Positions 1-10,760 are shown, numbered from the stretch's first letter. The stretch: DNA of 64,000 bases from Bernardetia sp. ABR2-2B (GCF_037126435.1 NZ_CP147020.1:1715293-1779292); one strand, 5' to 3'. Notes: generated from the letters alone by a model not told the origin. Made by a program: numbers and translations.

Positions 1-1247
1 AGCCAAAAATCAGTCAGAAAAAAGAAGAAGTAATAGAAGCCGAACGAGCGTATTATGATTTGAATGATAAATATTCTATTCAAAATGAGCGTTTTGGAGA
101 AATTGCAGAAGAATTGCAAGAAAAAAACATGAATTTTATTCAGTTTGAAAATAAGCTAGAAAATCTCAAACAAGAAATAAAATTCAAACAAACCTCATTA
201 TTGACAGGAAAAGAACGCATTACACAAAGTCAAGTTCAGTTACAAGAAATTGCAGAAGAAGTAAGTCAGCTTAAAGAAAAAATAGCTTCTCAAATTGAAG
301 AAATAGCTTCTTTAGAGGAAATTAAAGTCGATTTGCAAGGCGATTTATCAGAAATTGAAAGTCAGTTTTACAAGCTCCGTGAAGAAATAACGAGAGTAGA
401 AAAGGTAATCAAAGAACTACAAAGACAACGAGAAAACTGCGATACTCGTACCATGTCTTTTCAAAATAAACTCAATGAAACGAAACTAAAACTCACAGCA
501 ACAAGAGAACGCCTTTCAGCAGAATTTGAAATAGAACTTACAGATGAACTCTTAGAAGCCCAAACAGAAGAAGACGAGCTTCCAGACGAAACACTCATCG
601 ACGAAATAGAAGCAGCAAAACGCCGTCTGCAACGCATCGGAACAATCAATGCCACAGCAAAAGAAGCCTACGACGAAATAAAAGGCAGACATGATTTTAT
701 TACAGAACAACGCAGCGACCTTTTCGATGCTCAAAAACTCTTAGAAGACACCATAGCAGAACTTGATGAGGCAGCCAAAACAGCCTTTTTAGATGCTTTC
801 AATCAAATCCGTGAAAATTTTATTCGTGTTTTCCGTTCGCTCTTTTCAGAAGAAGATAATTGTGATTTAGTTTTATCCAATCCAGAAGACCCATTGGAGT
901 CTAAAATTGAAATCATTGCACAGCCAAAAGGTAAGCGACCTCTTACCATCAAACAGCTTTCGGGTGGAGAAAAAACACTTACAGCCGTTGCGCTTTTGTT
1001 TGCGCTTTATCTCTTGCGTCCTGCGCCTTTCTGTATTTTTGATGAAGTAGATGCGCCTTTAGATGATGCAAATATTGATAAATTCAACAGAATCATCAAG
1101 AAGTTTGCAGAAGAAGTACAGTTTATTATCGTTACCCACAACAAGCGCACAATGGTAAGTACCGATGTTGTTTATGGCGTTACGATGCCTGAAATCGGTG
1201 TTTCTAAAGTCTTGCCTGTGGATTTGAAAGGGATTTTGGTAGAGTAG
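1..1247 (+). CDS. smc: Chromosome segregation protein SMC, C-terminal part (5' partial; the frame is open from the window edge)
   Basis: Coiled-coil E/Q/K-rich region, then the ABC signature LSGGEKTLTAVALLFA and Walker B CIFDEVDAPLD. The reading frame has no stop back to position 1. Confidence 0.8.
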   Translation, partial: PKISQKKEEVIEAERAYYDLNDKYSIQNERFGEIAEELQEKNMNFIQFENKLENLKQEIKFKQTSLLTGKERITQSQVQLQEIAEEVSQLKEKIASQIEEIASLEEIKVDLQGDLSEIESQFYKLREEITRVEKVIKELQRQRENCDTRTMSFQNKLNETKLKLTATRERLSAEFEIELTDELLEAQTEEDELPDETLIDEIEAAKRRLQRIGTINATAKEAYDEIKGRHDFITEQRSDLFDAQKLLEDTIAELDEAAKTAFLDAFNQIRENFIRVFRSLFSEEDNCDLVLSNPEDPLESKIEIIAQPKGKRPLTIKQLSGGEKTLTAVALLFALYLLRPAPFCIFDEVDAPLDDANIDKFNRIIKKFAEEVQFIIVTHNKRTMVSTDVVYGVTMPEIGVSKVLPVDLKGILVE

Positions 1248-1395
1248 AAAACAATAGTATAAGAAAGCTAAATATTAGTTAGCAGGGAGAGTTTAAAACT
1301 TGTAGGTATTTAAGAATAACAACGTAGAATATAATTTCTCTACTCTTAGGCAACCTCTTGTTTAACAAGAAAATAAAGAATCAATTAATTCAATT

Positions 1396-1821
1396 ATGGA
1401 AAACTCTGATATAAATACTTTTCACTTCGAAAATGACTGTTTCGTTTTTGATACAACTACTTTTCCTCAGATTTTTGTAAAATTCAAAACTCCACAACCT
1501 AACAAAAAACAATTCTATGAATATTTGGATTGTATGGACACTATTTTTCTACAAGAGAACAAATACGTCGTACTTATAGAATTGAATGGTTCGGAATATC
1601 TGAAAGCTGAGTTTAGAGAAAAACAGGCAGAATGGAATAATAAGCATCATCAACACATGAGAGAATATTGTCAAGGAATGGCTAATATTAGCCACTCCCA
1701 AGAACAAATAACAATTGTGAAAGCTATTATGAAAAGTTATCCACCTCCTTCCCCTATTTTGATAACAGATACAAGAGAAAAAGCCGAACACTGGTTGGCT
1801 AATAAAATGCCCTTATATTAA
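1396..1821 (+). CDS. hypothetical protein
   Basis: 141-aa ORF with an ATG start, no recognisable motif. Confidence 0.45.
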   Translation: MENSDINTFHFENDCFVFDTTTFPQIFVKFKTPQPNKKQFYEYLDCMDTIFLQENKYVVLIELNGSEYLKAEFREKQAEWNNKHHQHMREYCQGMANISHSQEQITIVKAIMKSYPPPSPILITDTREKAEHWLANKMPLY

Positions 1822-2022
1822 AGTTCACGATTTCAACAACAAAACTCAGTTCTATAGAATTGTGTGCTATTTTCCTGCCATTATTGGTGTTTAGTTTCGG
1901 TTTGGCGTTGTGATGACCAACAAAAAATAACAACGACTTTTTTTGTTTTGCTAGTTTTGCAAAAGGCGAATACCAACAAGTAAAAGCTACACGAACAGAA
2001 GTAGTTATTGATAAGAAAAAAT

Positions 2023-2047
2023 ATAGGCTAGAATCGCTCTAGCCTAT
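2023..2047. terminator. bidirectional hairpin terminator
   Basis: ataggctagaATCGCtctagcctat, flanked by A-runs on + and T-runs on -. Confidence 0.6.
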
Positions 2048-2058
2048 AAAAATTTGAT

Positions 2059-2625
2059 TTATTTTCCCATCTGTCCTACAAAAGTAATTTCATCTAAATC
2101 CTTTCTAGGAGATTCTGGAGTTTCTTGTTCTTTCAAGTCGTTTGGTAGCTGGTTTTTATCTCCTACATAGCCTATTGCTACAAAACTAACAGGCTCAAAA
2201 TCGGCTGTAATATTTAAGTTTTTTACAGTTCTTTCTTTATCATATCCTGCCATATTATGCAGGTAAATATCCATTGACATAGCTTGTAAGCTCATATTCC
2301 CCATAGCAAGTCCAAGGTCGTGCCACGAATGTTGATTCGGTTTGCCATTGTTTGAAAAACTCTTTTTTGCCACCGTAGCTACTAAAACAGAAGCATTCTT
2401 TGCCCACTCTTGATTAAATTCAACCAAACACTCTAACAATAAATTAAAATTTTCTGTGTCTTCTTTGTGTGCATAGACAAATCGCCAAGGTTGTTCATTA
2501 AAACAAGATGCTGCTTTTCCTGCTGCTTTGAAAAGTAAATTCAAATCTTCTTTAGAAATACTTTTTGATGAAAAAGCCCTTGGACTCCAACGCTCTTCAA
2601 TGATAGATAAAATAGAATTTGACAT
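2059..2625 (-). CDS. nitroreductase family protein
   Basis: ERWSPRAF, PWRFVY and HNMAGYD motifs typical of NfsB/NfnB-like nitroreductases. Start set to the internal ATG (MSNSILS); the upstream 35 codons translate as AT-rich junk. Confidence 0.75.
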   Translation of the reverse strand: MSNSILSIIEERWSPRAFSSKSISKEDLNLLFKAAGKAASCFNEQPWRFVYAHKEDTENFNLLLECLVEFNQEWAKNASVLVATVAKKSFSNNGKPNQHSWHDLGLAMGNMSLQAMSMDIYLHNMAGYDKERTVKNLNITADFEPVSFVAIGYVGDKNQLPNDLKEQETPESPRKDLDEITFVGQMGK

Positions 2626-2844
2626 AAAATAAAAATGTGTTTTTAGGTTAAAAAATGGAATATAACAACAGCTAAATAAGAATTTGATGCAAAATGTTTG
2701 GATAAAAGTCAATTGCTCGGTTATCAACAAAGTAATTTGATAGAGATAAATAAAGAATTAGGAACTTTCAAGCTACTTTTTTGGTATATTTGTATCACTA
2801 CAACATAAAAAGATATTTTTAAGAAAAAACATCGAAAATAAGTT

Positions 2845-4230
2845 ATGAAAAAACCTTCTGTTCCACAAGGAATGCGTGATTTTTCGCCCAATCAAATGCT
2901 CAAACGTCAATGGCTTTTTGATTCTATTAAAAAAGTATTTATAAAATATGGTTTCTTGCCTTTAGAAACACCTACCATGGAAAACCTAGATTCTCTGACA
3001 GGAAAATATGGTGATGAAGGTGACCAACTTCTTTTTAGAGTACTTAATTCAGGCGATTTTTTGAAAGATGTACGCAAAAAGGATAGTCAAAAGAAAGTAG
3101 AAGAATTAGATTATAAAGAAATTACTACAAAATTGAGTAAGCGAGGTTTGCGTTATGATTTGACTGTTCCATTTGCTCGTTACGTGGTGCAGCACCAAAG
3201 CGAAATTACTTTTCCTTTCCGTAGGTTTCAAATTCAGCCTGTTTGGCGTGCCGACCGTCCACAAAAAGGGCGTTATCGTGAGTTTTATCAATGTGATGCT
3301 GATGTCGTAGGTTCAGATTCATTGATTAATGAAGCCGAATTATTACAAATGGCTGATGAGGTGTTTCAAAAACTAAATCTGAAAGTTACCATAAAACTCA
3401 ACAGTAGAAAAATATTGCAAGGACTATCAGAAGTCGTTGGTTTTGCAGATAAAATGACAGATATTACTGTTGCAATTGATAAGCTAGATAAAATTGGCTG
3501 GGAAGGTGTGGCAAAAGAACTCAAAGAAAGAGAGCTTTCAGAAGAGGCTACTTCCAAAATACAAGAGTTTATAAAGGCAACAACAAGTGTAGGCACGAGT
3601 TTTAATAGCGAAAAACTAGAATATCTAAAGAAATTTTTCACAGGAAACCTAGTTGGAGAAGCTGGTATTATAGAATTAGAACAAGTACAGCAATTTCTGA
3701 ATGGTATTCCATTTGTCAATAACTTAGAAATTGACCCAACACTTGCACGAGGTTTGGGCTATTACACAGGTTGTATCTATGAAATAAAAGCTGATGAAGC
3801 CGAGATGGGAAGTATTGGTGGAGGTGGTCGTTATGATGACCTTACAGGAATTTTTGGTTTGAAAGGCTATTCAGGTGTAGGAATATCTTTTGGAATAGAA
3901 CGAATTTATGATGTTTTGGAAGACTTGGATTTATTTCCAAAAAACGTTTCAGAATCTACCAAACTGATTTTCTTAGCCTTTGATGAAACTGCACGTATTT
4001 GGAGTTTGCCTTTAGTAAGAAGACTTAGAGACAGAAATATTGCTACTGAAGTTTATACAGAAAATAAAAACATGAAGAAACAATTTAATTATGTTGATAA
4101 GAGAAATATTCCTTTTTCAGTAGTTGTAGGAGATAATGAAATGAAAACAGGCAAATTAGCTGTCAAAAATATGATTGATGGTTCGCAAGAATTGATGTCC
4201 ATTGATGAACTGATTGAAAAATTTTCTTAG
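2845..4230 (+). CDS. hisS: histidine--tRNA ligase
   Basis: Class II aaRS motifs: MRDFSP, FRRFQIQPVWRADRPQKGRYREFYQCD, GGGGRYDDL, and a C-terminal anticodon-binding domain. Confidence 0.95.
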   Translation: MKKPSVPQGMRDFSPNQMLKRQWLFDSIKKVFIKYGFLPLETPTMENLDSLTGKYGDEGDQLLFRVLNSGDFLKDVRKKDSQKKVEELDYKEITTKLSKRGLRYDLTVPFARYVVQHQSEITFPFRRFQIQPVWRADRPQKGRYREFYQCDADVVGSDSLINEAELLQMADEVFQKLNLKVTIKLNSRKILQGLSEVVGFADKMTDITVAIDKLDKIGWEGVAKELKERELSEEATSKIQEFIKATTSVGTSFNSEKLEYLKKFFTGNLVGEAGIIELEQVQQFLNGIPFVNNLEIDPTLARGLGYYTGCIYEIKADEAEMGSIGGGGRYDDLTGIFGLKGYSGVGISFGIERIYDVLEDLDLFPKNVSESTKLIFLAFDETARIWSLPLVRRLRDRNIATEVYTENKNMKKQFNYVDKRNIPFSVVVGDNEMKTGKLAVKNMIDGSQELMSIDELIEKFS

Positions 4231-4257
4231 GCAAACTGTCAATATTTTTTTTCAAAA

Positions 4258-4294
4258 AAGCCTTCAAAAATATCTAGTTCTTGAAGGCTTTTTC
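4258..4294. terminator. hairpin terminator between convergent hisS and blh
   Basis: aagccttcaa ... ttgaaggctt stem, followed by ttttt. Confidence 0.6.
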
Positions 4295-4331
4295 TTTCAC
4301 ATTTATTTAGCTTATATTTTGTGATATTGTA

Positions 4332-5288
4332 TCAATCATAAATGCTTTCTATCAACAAAGCGTGAGGAGCAGTAAGAATAGAAATCAAGACAAAAAATAC
4401 AAATAATAGGTTCGGAGTGCTAAACTCAAAAAAATACAACCCTGTTAGTATGATTCCAATTCCTAAAAAACTAATCAAAGAAAAAGGCAGTACATCTCTA
4501 CCATATTCTTTCAAAGAATAGCCTTTTTCAAAGCAATCATCAAATACTTTTATTTCTTTCTCAATCGTTTGTAAGCTATGCCATAAGGCAAAATAGATAG
4601 CAAAAGTCAGTAACAAAGACACACTCCAGCATAAAAATAGCAATAAGATAAGCAATGCTAATTCTTGTAAAACTTTCGAAAAACTTATCTTTTTTCTAGT
4701 AGCCAAATTTACTAATAACGCTACCAGAACAGCTATATTTGCTATTAGAATATATTCAAAACGAGCCAAAATATATTTCATTGGTTCAATGAAAGGCGTT
4801 CCAGAAAGAATAGAAAGAGTTTCATCTGCATTGAATCCTAAAATACTTAACAATAGTGTACTCCCCCAAAAAAAGTATAAGAGAGTTTTAAGCCATTTTT
4901 TGCTCTCAATAGTGAGATAATAAAGTTGTGATTGACCAAAATGATATGCTGAAAAAGCCAGAAAGACTATAAAACAAAATAGGGGCAAAAAATACCAAGC
5001 ACATGCGTAAGCTAACATTGTACCTAAATAAAATAGTAAAAAATACTTCCAAGAAGTGAGTTTGTTTTCTCTATTTTTTTGAGAAAAAAAAACAATATGG
5101 TCAGTTGCTCCGTGTGGAATGCCTAATGTTATCATAAGCACGATAAATATACCAAGCTCTGCCAAAGAAGTTAAATCAAAAAATGAGGAAAATAATCCTG
5201 CACTAAAGGTAAGTAGTATTACCCAATTTGAAACTACGCCTACTTTTGAGGTTAAAGATTTTCTTATTTTTCCAAAAATATTTCTCAT
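4332..5288 (-). CDS. blh: Brp/Blh family beta-carotene 15,15'-dioxygenase (retinal synthesis)
   Basis: Polytopic membrane protein with a GIPHGATDH motif and further conserved His, Brp/Blh-like. It lies next to a lycopene cyclase. The annotated ATG overlaps the upstream gene by 86 bp, so the true start may be internal. Confidence 0.55.
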   Translation of the reverse strand: MRNIFGKIRKSLTSKVGVVSNWVILLTFSAGLFSSFFDLTSLAELGIFIVLMITLGIPHGATDHIVFFSQKNRENKLTSWKYFLLFYLGTMLAYACAWYFLPLFCFIVFLAFSAYHFGQSQLYYLTIESKKWLKTLLYFFWGSTLLLSILGFNADETLSILSGTPFIEPMKYILARFEYILIANIAVLVALLVNLATRKKISFSKVLQELALLILLLFLCWSVSLLLTFAIYFALWHSLQTIEKEIKVFDDCFEKGYSLKEYGRDVLPFSLISFLGIGIILTGLYFFEFSTPNLLFVFFVLISILTAPHALLIESIYD

Positions 5289-6411
5289 ATACGGCTTTTA
5301 GAAAAGGATACCAAGATAAATTAAAAAAAATACGTGCTTCATCTAATAAGCTACTCTTTTGAGTCAGAAATTTTATTACTGATGGCAAATCATTGTTTTT
5401 AAACAAATTTTCCATTATTCCCTGAAAAGAATGGGGTCTCTTTTTGATAATATGTAAAAGCAAACCATCATAAAAAGAAAAGCGTTTTGGAGTAGCAAGT
5501 TTTTTTAGTTGGATTGTTTTGAAGTCTTTTTGCCAATGATTTATCAAATCTTCACAAAAAAATTGGATGTTCTGGAAGGTATATCCAGTCGTCGCTTTTG
5601 TCATTCCACCTGCTGCACCGACATGAAAAACCGAAGAAGAACTACGCAAGGGCATAGGCTTAATCGTCATGGGAATCATTCCTTTCTCCTCCTCTACTAC
5701 TTCAAAATCTACAACTCCAATTTTTTCTTTAATATACTTTCTAATTTTGGCTTGATACTTTTCAGGGTCTTGAAACTCTGTAGTAAAAACCGTACATTCA
5801 ATAAGAGCATATTTTTTAGTAAAAGGTAACACATAAAAAAACTCAATTTTGTCTTTCTCGTTCATAGAAAAATCCATAAGAGTAGCTGTATCTGTATCAA
5901 AAACTTCTTTATTCGTTTTGATAAAATATCCTTTAAAATATTGCTTTACTTCTGTTTTGTTTAGAGGAAAAGCAGAGCTAAATTGAGGTACGCTATTAAA
6001 AATCCAGTCAGCACTATATTTATTGATATCAGTTGTAACCTCACTATTTGATTCATTAATGGTTATAACTGTCTCTTGTTGCCATTTGATATTTTCAAAT
6101 TTCTTTAACTGTGTTTTTATTTCTTCGTAAAAATCTAGTCCTCTGATATGATAATAATTATAAGGAACTAGAGATGCTTTTTTTTCAAAATTTTTACCCA
6201 AAAACCTCATGTTTTGCCAATGTACTTTTCTTGCACATTCAAATTTAGGAGCTTCCTCTGACCAAAAACACCAAGTACGGTCATTATTTTGTTTGCTGTC
6301 TTTATCTAATAAAAGAATTTTTTTATCAGCCCAAATACTTTTGGATAAATGATACGCCAAACTAAGCCCTGCAGCACCTGCGCCCACTATAATAATATCA
6401 AACTTAGTCAA
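5203..6411 (-). CDS. crtY: lycopene cyclase family protein (CrtY-like)
   Basis: N-terminal FAD Rossmann motif DIIIVGAGAAGLSLA right at the start (TTG start codon), about 400 aa, CrtY/CrtL-like. Confidence 0.65.
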   Translation of the reverse strand: MTKFDIIIVGAGAAGLSLAYHLSKSIWADKKILLLDKDSKQNNDRTWCFWSEEAPKFECARKVHWQNMRFLGKNFEKKASLVPYNYYHIRGLDFYEEIKTQLKKFENIKWQQETVITINESNSEVTTDINKYSADWIFNSVPQFSSAFPLNKTEVKQYFKGYFIKTNKEVFDTDTATLMDFSMNEKDKIEFFYVLPFTKKYALIECTVFTTEFQDPEKYQAKIRKYIKEKIGVVDFEVVEEEKGMIPMTIKPMPLRSSSSVFHVGAAGGMTKATTGYTFQNIQFFCEDLINHWQKDFKTIQLKKLATPKRFSFYDGLLLHIIKKRPHSFQGIMENLFKNNDLPSVIKFLTQKSSLLDEARIFFNLSWYPFLKAVYEKYFWKNKKIFNLKSRRSFKLGNTTYL

Positions 6412-6556
6412 TGTTATGTTGTTATTTAAGAGTTGTTTTGAAAAGTATTCTATCTTATTTATTAGATAACTAATTTTAAAAGGTAGATAAACAATAATAA
6501 CATCATTAACTGTATCAATAGGCTTTTGTTGAAAAAATATAAGAGTAAAACAGATA

Positions 6557-6592
6557 AGCCTTCAAAAACTAGATGTTTTTGAAGGCTTTTTA
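6557..6592. terminator. hairpin terminator downstream of the M23 peptidase gene
   Basis: aagccttcaaaaa CTAGATG tttttgaaggctt stem with a T-run. Confidence 0.55.
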
Positions 6593-6611
6593 TATTTTTC
6601 TTTATTACTGT

Positions 6612-8105
6612 TTAGCGTACTCTCAAACGCCTTCCCAACCTCAAATTCGAACGTGTACTAATATTATTGAGTTTACAAATAGATGAAATAGTAACGCCAT
6701 ACTGACGACTGATTTTCCAAAGTGAATCTCCACTTTTTATTTTATGATAAATTACTCTTCTTACAGATGTATCACCATCTTCATCTCCGTCATCTTCGTG
6801 AGTATGTGTAGTATTTACTCGTGCGCCTAAGTGTTTGAAATTAGCAGCCGTAAGCTCAAAATCTTTCAATTTGATTTCATTTTTCTCAAAATCAAAAATA
6901 GTTGCTGGGTCTATCGAATTTCCTTCATAACGCATCTCAAAGTGCAAGTGAGGTCCTGTACTACGCCCTGTGCTTCCACCTTTTCCAATCATCTGACCAG
7001 CCTTTACATTATCTCCAATTTCTACGTTGGTTGCGCTAAGATGTCCGTAAACAGTTTCTAGTCCGTTGTTGTGCCGTATTACAATATGATTTCCAAAACC
7101 TCTACCATATTTTTTTACTCTAATCACTCCATCAAATACGGCATAAATCGGGTCTCCTGTGTCTAAGTCTAAGTCTGTTCCGTGATGCCAACGATAACGG
7201 CGATACCCAAAATTTGAGTTGATTCTATTACTTGCCATTGGTGGCGACCAATACTGATTTTTTGCCGAATCATAAAGAGCTATCTGAACTGTATCTCTAA
7301 ACTTAGAAGCATCAATTCCGTAAGGATTAACCATATTTGAATCCCAAACTTTATAATATTGGCGCATCGTAATCCAAACGCAGTCAATTGCAACTTCTTC
7401 TGAAATCAGAACGATATTACTCATTTTTGCATTATCGTAATTGCTTGTATCTTCTCTGAACAAACTCTTACGAGCATTCATGCTAATAGAAAGTGTATCT
7501 AAAAAAAGTGAATATCCCCAGCTTCCACCAAGCGTACTTAGGCGAAGCATTGTTGTATCAGAAAGATTTAAGAGGGTAGCATTGGCAGGACGAAATTTTT
7601 CCTCTTCATAACTATCTCCTCCAATAGAAGGAGCAGTTGTATTAATAACATCAGATTCTTCTGACGATTTTGCACCTATTCCCTTTAGTGAATCGTTCTT
7701 TATTTTTCCATTTGCAGAAGCAGCCATAAATAAGGCAGAATCAATAGTAGTTTTGGAAATACCAAAGGCATCTATCGAATCTTTCTTTGCAACAGCTAAA
7801 GTAAGTTTTAAAGAATCTATTTTTTCATCTTTTGTAGCATCTTCTTTTTGAGCTACTTTTTCAATATTTTTTTTATCTGATTTGTCTGTTTCTTGGTTTG
7901 TAGGAAGAATTAGTAGATTAGGAATTACAATAGTTTGAAAATCACTTTGATTATTTTTATTTTTCTGTGAGTTATTTTGAGCAGTAGCGTTATTTTTTTG
8001 AGCTAAAAAAGTGAATAGAATAAAAAAGAAACTGACAAACTTTATTGCTTTATTATACTTTAAAGTGTGATAAAATACTTTTTTTGAGTAATTATTCGAG
8101 TCCAT
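6612..8105 (-). CDS. M23 family metallopeptidase with C-terminal LysM domain
   Basis: HxxxD and HLHFE M23 motifs (WHHGTDLD ... GPHLHFEMR), a C-terminal LysM (YHKIKSGDSLWKISRQYGV) and an N-terminal signal/TM. Confidence 0.8.
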   Translation of the reverse strand: MDSNNYSKKVFYHTLKYNKAIKFVSFFFILFTFLAQKNNATAQNNSQKNKNNQSDFQTIVIPNLLILPTNQETDKSDKKNIEKVAQKEDATKDEKIDSLKLTLAVAKKDSIDAFGISKTTIDSALFMAASANGKIKNDSLKGIGAKSSEESDVINTTAPSIGGDSYEEEKFRPANATLLNLSDTTMLRLSTLGGSWGYSLFLDTLSISMNARKSLFREDTSNYDNAKMSNIVLISEEVAIDCVWITMRQYYKVWDSNMVNPYGIDASKFRDTVQIALYDSAKNQYWSPPMASNRINSNFGYRRYRWHHGTDLDLDTGDPIYAVFDGVIRVKKYGRGFGNHIVIRHNNGLETVYGHLSATNVEIGDNVKAGQMIGKGGSTGRSTGPHLHFEMRYEGNSIDPATIFDFEKNEIKLKDFELTAANFKHLGARVNTTHTHEDDGDEDGDTSVRRVIYHKIKSGDSLWKISRQYGVTISSICKLNNISTRSNLRLGRRLRVR

Positions 8106-8657
8106 TTGGGAAGATAATAGGGATTTAAGGCATAAAATCTATTCTGTAAAGAAACCTATTGTTTGATTAGTGAGAATGTATTTTTTTTATGAGTTTTAAT
8201 TATTAGAAATCTTAATTAATAACTACTTATTTTTTTATGAATTTAATAAATAAGTCCTTGATAATATTTTTGTGAGTAGATAGCGTTTAACTAAAAGTTA
8301 TGAATCAGAAACTAACTTTCTGAAAAAACGTTGAAATATTTTTTATTTAATAGGAACTAATCTTTGATTAATTTTCTTATAAATGAATGTGCAATTTACA
8401 ACTATTTTATAAACACTACCAAATATTATGATTCCTTTGTTTATTTTGTTGTACTTATCAATTGAAGAATAGGAATAAATTGATTATACTTCTATAAATC
8501 TTGAATTTTTAGATTTTGAATTAGATTAATTCACATAAAATCTGATTTTTCTCTGTCCTAAAGAATAAAAAAAGAAGCAAAAAACAGCAATCAGTTTTGC
8601 TCAAAAATCTATATTTTTGTAGATTAGGAAATTAGTTTTTCAAACAACAAGAAGCGC

Positions 8658-9470
8658 ATGGAAAATAAAGGTAATAGTAAAAAAGAAAATAATACTGCTC
8701 TCAAGCCTACCGAAAATATAACTGATTTAGTTTCAAAGAACTATATTTATGCTGCTACGCTTCATTACTTTGGAATAGATTTTTATAATCATAGGCATCA
8801 AACATTGGCTCAAAGCTGTGCAGAAAAGGGAATTGATGCTACATTATTGATAAAGCAATTGGAGGAAGCAGTTAGTAAAAAGAAAGATGCTTACTCTTCA
8901 AAGGTAATAAATCAAAATATTTCTCACTATCCTGTTGAGCTTGTCATTGATTACTTGAAGCACTCACACCGTATTTTTATGCGCCGTAGTTTGCCTTATA
9001 TGTCAAAGCTGGTTGATGATTGTGATAGTAGTAGATTCGAAAATAAATACAAATCCATTATAGAGGATTTGAAAATTGCCTTCCCATTGTTTGCAGAAGA
9101 TTTTATTCATCATATTTTTGAAGAAGAAGATTCGCTCTTCGATTATATTAGTCTTTTAGATAATGCTTTCTATGAAAAAATACCGATGACAAAGGTGTTT
9201 TATCCGATGCAAGAGCATTCTATTTCTCGTTTTTTACGTCAGCACCAACAAGATGATGATGAAATGAAGGGAATTAGGGAACTTACACAAAATTATAAAA
9301 CAAGTAAAGATACGCCTCTTTTAATAAAAGTATTATATTCAGAATTGAAAGATTTTGAAGAAGAATTACAACTTCATGCAGATATTGAAAACAGAGTTTT
9401 ACTTCCTAAAGCATTAAAATTAGAACTAAAATTAAAACAAAGTATAACAGAAAAAAGTAAGTTTAACTGA
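8658..9470 (+). CDS. hemerythrin-like / RIC (ScdA-YtfE)-like di-iron protein, degenerate
   Basis: N-terminal GIDFY...CAEKGID resembles ScdA_N. H...HxxxE spacing (HSHRIF, HHIFEEE) is consistent with hemerythrin cation-binding repeats. Confidence 0.35.
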   Translation: MENKGNSKKENNTALKPTENITDLVSKNYIYAATLHYFGIDFYNHRHQTLAQSCAEKGIDATLLIKQLEEAVSKKKDAYSSKVINQNISHYPVELVIDYLKHSHRIFMRRSLPYMSKLVDDCDSSRFENKYKSIIEDLKIAFPLFAEDFIHHIFEEEDSLFDYISLLDNAFYEKIPMTKVFYPMQEHSISRFLRQHQQDDDEMKGIRELTQNYKTSKDTPLLIKVLYSELKDFEEELQLHADIENRVLLPKALKLELKLKQSITEKSKFN

Positions 9471-9675
9471 TTGGGAACTAGGAATTGGATATTGAGAATG
9501 AGCTGAAAATAAATGATGATGAAAGTAAGCAACAAAAATACAAATATTCCTAAATCAGCTTGTTTCTGTAATCCTTTAAATAATTTTTACGTAAGTTGTA
9601 ATAGAGATTAAAAGCAAACTTGAAAACTTAGAGATTATATCACAAGTAAAAAAGATTAAGTCAATACTAAAGTAA

Positions 9676-10716
9676 ATGGGAAATTTAATATTACCACCTT
9701 CACTCACTCGTGAACTTCCTTATGCCGTTACTGCTCAACTTTCAGAACTGCCACAGGAAGCACAACGGGAATTTTTTGAAGAATATAACCGAAATGCACG
9801 TACTACTTCGATAGGCTATATTTTGCATTTGCTTGTTTTTGGGACACATTATGCTTATCTCAATCAATGGCTCTTACAATTTTTATATTGGTTTACGGCA
9901 GGAGGTTTTTTTATATGGACATTTATAGATTTATTTAGGATTCCTGCAATGATAGAATCACATAACAACAAAGTAGCAGACCAAACACTTCGTCATGTAC
10001 TTGTAAAGTATCGTTATGGACTCAAAAAACCAACAACAGCAGACGCTATTTCAGATTCTAACTATTCTTCGGCTAAAGGCTCACGATTTATGCTCCGAAC
10101 GCCTTATGACTTGCAGAAAAAAAATACTAAAAAAGATAATCATATTCATTTAGAAAAACGAAGTATTACCAAAATCCGTCCGATTGCACCACGTATTTTA
10201 GATGCTCCAGAAGCTGACCCAATGCGATTGAGTATTGTAAATATAAAAGCAGGATATTTGGTAGATTTTGACCTAACGACATGGGAAACAGTACAAGAAT
10301 GGCAATTTGATTGGGATAATGGAAATAGTGGAAAAGAGTTTCGTTTAATAAATGAAAAAGAAACGCTGCATTTGTATCTGCGAAATGAAGGCACTCAATT
10401 ACATACTATTTTAGCTAGAAAGGTAAATATTCATTCTATTGATAGAGAATTAGAGGAGGAAATTCAGACAAATAACCGTCCTCCTTCGGTACTTAATTAT
10501 CAAGAAATAGATTATTTTAGAGAAAACACAAAAACAGGTTGGAGACACGAACTGACAGCCAAAACAAGCGCAAACAAACTTACTATTTGGGAATATTTTG
10601 ATGAAACAATGACATTTTTTATGCGTGTCGAACAAATTGAAAATCAAACCTATAAAGTAACTGTTGGAGAGGTAATTTCTCCCTTTGAGTTTTCGAATGT
10701 ATTACCAAAAGAATAA
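9676..10716 (+). CDS. TM2 domain-containing membrane protein with uncharacterised C-terminal domain
   Basis: TM2 signature GTHYAYLNQWLLQFLYWFTAGGFFIWTFIDLFRIP. Confidence 0.55.
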   Translation: MGNLILPPSLTRELPYAVTAQLSELPQEAQREFFEEYNRNARTTSIGYILHLLVFGTHYAYLNQWLLQFLYWFTAGGFFIWTFIDLFRIPAMIESHNNKVADQTLRHVLVKYRYGLKKPTTADAISDSNYSSAKGSRFMLRTPYDLQKKNTKKDNHIHLEKRSITKIRPIAPRILDAPEADPMRLSIVNIKAGYLVDFDLTTWETVQEWQFDWDNGNSGKEFRLINEKETLHLYLRNEGTQLHTILARKVNIHSIDRELEEEIQTNNRPPSVLNYQEIDYFRENTKTGWRHELTAKTSANKLTIWEYFDETMTFFMRVEQIENQTYKVTVGEVISPFEFSNVLPKE

Positions 10717-10760
10717 TTTTTTTCGTAAATTTAAGTAGAATCTAGTTTTTCAATTTCAAA

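Noticed and set aside
461-734. Antisense ORFs (64 and 60 aa) inside the SMC gene
   Set aside because: Serine/Cys-rich low-complexity translations of the opposite strand of a clearly conserved CDS
1822-2058. tRNA-like sequence in intergenic gaps (also 8106-8657, 14325-14591, 29295-29775, 34235-34968)
   Set aside because: No GTTCxAxxC T-loop or cloverleaf-compatible segments were found by eye. A tRNAscan or Infernal run would be needed for certainty.
2626-2730. Upstream extension of the nitroreductase ORF to 2730
   Set aside because: The 35 extra codons are hydrophobic AT-rich junk. Family members start at the MSNSIL-type N-terminus.
2785-2792. Bacteroidetes -7 box (TATATTTG) upstream of hisS
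   Set aside because: It matches TAnnTTTG, but a correctly spaced -33 TTTG could not be placed. The motif is too short to call from sequence alone.
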